A stretch of 7,241 bases of DNA, taken from Fastidiosibacter lacustris (GTDB taxonomy: Bacteria; Pseudomonadota; Gammaproteobacteria; Francisellales; Francisellaceae). Of the stretch, positions 5,733 through 7,241 are shown piece after piece (within the stretch, counting starts at the first letter, position 1; each line of letters opens with the position of its first letter). The notes beneath the pieces were generated by a model, which searched no databases, was not told where the DNA came from, and saw only the letters and a list, made by a program, of their open reading frames with translations. Where the stretch lies: assembly GCF_003428155.1 (NCBI RefSeq), contig NZ_QLIR01000032.1:1-7241 (forward strand). The letters are read 5' to 3'. The position numbers and the translations under genes are program-made.

Positions 5733-7241
5733 ATGGCACTGGCGAGTAGTTGAGTACTTGTGGAACCAAACCAGGCAGGTTCTTATTAGGAAGAACGCAT
5801 GCAGGAATACCTCGATCTACTGTCGCTGAAATTCCAGGTTGATTCAGAACGCTACGCGGTACTTGTGATTTAACGATCGTATATGGTGGATCACCAAAGG
5901 CTTTAACTGCCTGTTTAGCATAACTCGCAGCCGACTCGGCACTTGTTGTGAAATACTTCCCTTCTAATCCTGGAAGATTATTGAGTGCACCTGTTTTTCG
6001 AATATCAGCCAATTCATCAGGTTTAACAGCCCTGAACACATCTACTAGTTCATCTCCGCCATTTCGAACAGTAGTCACAAACTCGCGTGTTTTACCTGCT
6101 TTATGGCTAGCTTGAGTTGTTTTCCCCGCTGCAACGCTTGCCTTAACATTCTCCACAATCATCTTTGGTGCAACAGCTTTAGCCAGCAGCATTCCGCCTT
6201 TTACATAGGTGCCACCATATAACAATCCTAATCCTAAAGATGCCGCGGTACCCGTATAGTAAGCAGCCGCATTTGTCCGCCCGTTTTCATATCCAAAGCC
6301 TGTTAAGCCAAATGTCGTATCATCCATAAAACCATTGGCAAAATGGGTGGCTAAACGTTTAACATAACCCGATAAATCCAATCCTGTTTGTAGTTGAAGG
6401 CTTTCTAATAGATCATCATAATCTAAATAATCTAATTCATTAAAGTCTAAAATACGCTCTTCATCTATCTTGATAAATCTATCTGCTATAGCAGAATAAT
6501 CGTCAAAATAACCACGCAGTAAACCTTGCATATTGTTAATTAACAGAGCATTCTTTCGCACATATTCTTGTAAAAAATTAATATTTCTTGATAAATCATT
6601 ACTAAATGATAAGTACTTTTTTTCACAAATTGATGCGCAATCAATATACTTACACTCAACGTCAGTAAGCGGATACATAACAGGAGAAAAATATCCTGGT
6701 AGTCCAAATTCTTCAGATTGAGACAATTGTTTGAAGACCTTATAGATATCTTCATAGGTATTTCTAACATATCCTTTTTTTTCTATTTGACTAAAAACTT
6801 TTGCAACAAACGCCTCATAATTCGGATTTTTGATAGCGTGATTATTCAACTTGCTATGCCTTGTTTCAAACCACTGTTGTAAAACAAATTCAACCTTCTT
6901 ACTTTTATGCTTCAATTCATTTTCGAGTAAGTGATATTTTGTATGAATAATTTGTCTATTAATCTCAGGAAGCACCGTTGCTGTTGTTAGCCATAGTATT
7001 TCAAGTTCTAGTAATTTTGATTGCTCACTATAAGTATTTGATGCCTTAACATACCCATTAAAAAATGCTGTCCTTTGCTTTTTGAGTTCGATAATCGCCT
7101 CTTGAGGCGTAATGTCATACAGTCCAGTTGGATCAATCACATTAACTGGGTTATTGCTCGCATAGGCATAAGGGTGTACATTTCCACCTGCTAAAATATC
7201 TAAAGCATCAGGCTGTAAATATCCACCAAGCTTAGGGTGAA
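5731..7241 (-). CDS. C-terminal part of an Rhs-family (RHS repeat-associated core) polymorphic toxin; 5' end beyond the right window edge
   Basis: The frame continues upstream of the listed ORF start to the window edge: HPKLGGYLQPDALDILAGGNVHPYAYASNNPVNVIDPTGLYDITPQ.... This is the typical RHS-associated core terminus (GG.L.PD.L....N.Y.YA.NNPVN.IDPTGL). The listed 'M' at 7140 is an in-frame GTG (Val of NVIDPTGL) inside the conserved core. Confidence 0.92.
   Translation of the reverse strand, partial: HPKLGGYLQPDALDILAGGNVHPYAYASNNPVNVIDPTGLYDITPQEAIIELKKQRTAFFNGYVKASNTYSEQSKLLELEILWLTTATVLPEINRQIIHTKYHLLENELKHKSKKVEFVLQQWFETRHSKLNNHAIKNPNYEAFVAKVFSQIEKKGYVRNTYEDIYKVFKQLSQSEEFGLPGYFSPVMYPLTDVECKYIDCASICEKKYLSFSNDLSRNINFLQEYVRKNALLINNMQGLLRGYFDDYSAIADRFIKIDEERILDFNELDYLDYDDLLESLQLQTGLDLSGYVKRLATHFANGFMDDTTFGLTGFGYENGRTNAAAYYTGTAASLGLGLLYGGTYVKGGMLLAKAVAPKMIVENVKASVAAGKTTQASHKAGKTREFVTTVRNGGDELVDVFRAVKPDELADIRKTGALNNLPGLEGKYFTTSAESAASYAKQAVKAFGDPPYTIVKSQVPRSVLNQPGISATVDRGIPACVLPNKNLPGLVPQVLNYSPVP
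5734..6039 (-). other. C-terminal toxin tip, ADP-ribosyltransferase-like candidate
   Basis: VFRAVKPDELADIRKTGALNNLPGLEGKYFTTSAESAASYAKQAVKAFGDPPYTIVKSQVPRSVLNQPGISATVDRGIPACVLPNKNLPGLVPQVLNYSPVP. The (Y/F)RA...EL..I..TG......GKYF.T....A..YA pattern followed by ..Y.IV...VP.SV resembles the N-terminal Arg plus aromatic/Thr-rich strand of small ART-fold toxins. Assigned by eye only. Confidence 0.5.
6151..6300 (-). other. Gly/Ala-rich hydrophobic segment preceding the toxin tip (possible pretoxin/translocation segment)
   Basis: GFGYENGRTNAAAYYTGTAASLGLGLLYGGTYVKGGMLLAKAVAPKMIVE: composition and placement upstream of a small C-terminal domain. Confidence 0.45.
7120..7239 (-). other. RHS repeat-associated core terminus
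   Basis: HPKLGGYLQPDALDILAGGNVHPYAYASNNPVNVIDPTGL; the variable C-terminal region starts after it. Confidence 0.88.

Noticed and set aside
6533-6721. Plus-strand ORF of 62 aa
   Set aside because: Antisense to the Rhs coding frame, with no independent support.
6540-6770. Minus-strand 76 aa ORF overlapping the Rhs gene in another frame
   Set aside because: Fully embedded in the long Rhs frame and has no recognisable domain.
1-7241. CRISPR arrays, tRNA/rRNA genes or complete mobile elements
   Set aside because: No regularly spaced repeats, no tRNA/rRNA-like sequence, and no transposase or integrase motif seen on either strand.

Overview
All coding content I can support lies on the minus strand. 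(1) Positions 1..4799 carry the 5' part of a nonribosomal peptide synthetase gene that runs off the left edge, with domain order C-A-PCP-C-A(partial). It is missing from the supplied ORF track, presumably because it has no stop inside the window. The specificity residues I read from the first A domain (D V W H F S L I D K) match the known serine code. The start of the second A domain is a near-identical copy of the start of the first. (2) Positions 5731..7241 carry the 3' end of an Rhs-family gene that runs off the right edge. It has the core ending ...YAYASNNPVNVIDPTGL, then a long helical, partly Cys-containing extension, a Gly/Ala-rich hydrophobic segment, and a ~100 aa tip resembling small ADP-ribosyltransferase-like polymorphic toxins. 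(3) Positions 5403..5720, 10 nt downstream and with a Shine-Dalgarno overlapping the toxin stop codon, encode a 105 aa protein resembling EF-Tu domain III. This is the candidate immunity protein and the most interesting item here. A ~600 nt intergenic region (4800..5402) contains short perfect palindromes but no gene I can support. All similarity calls come from motif recognition by eye; no database search was run.
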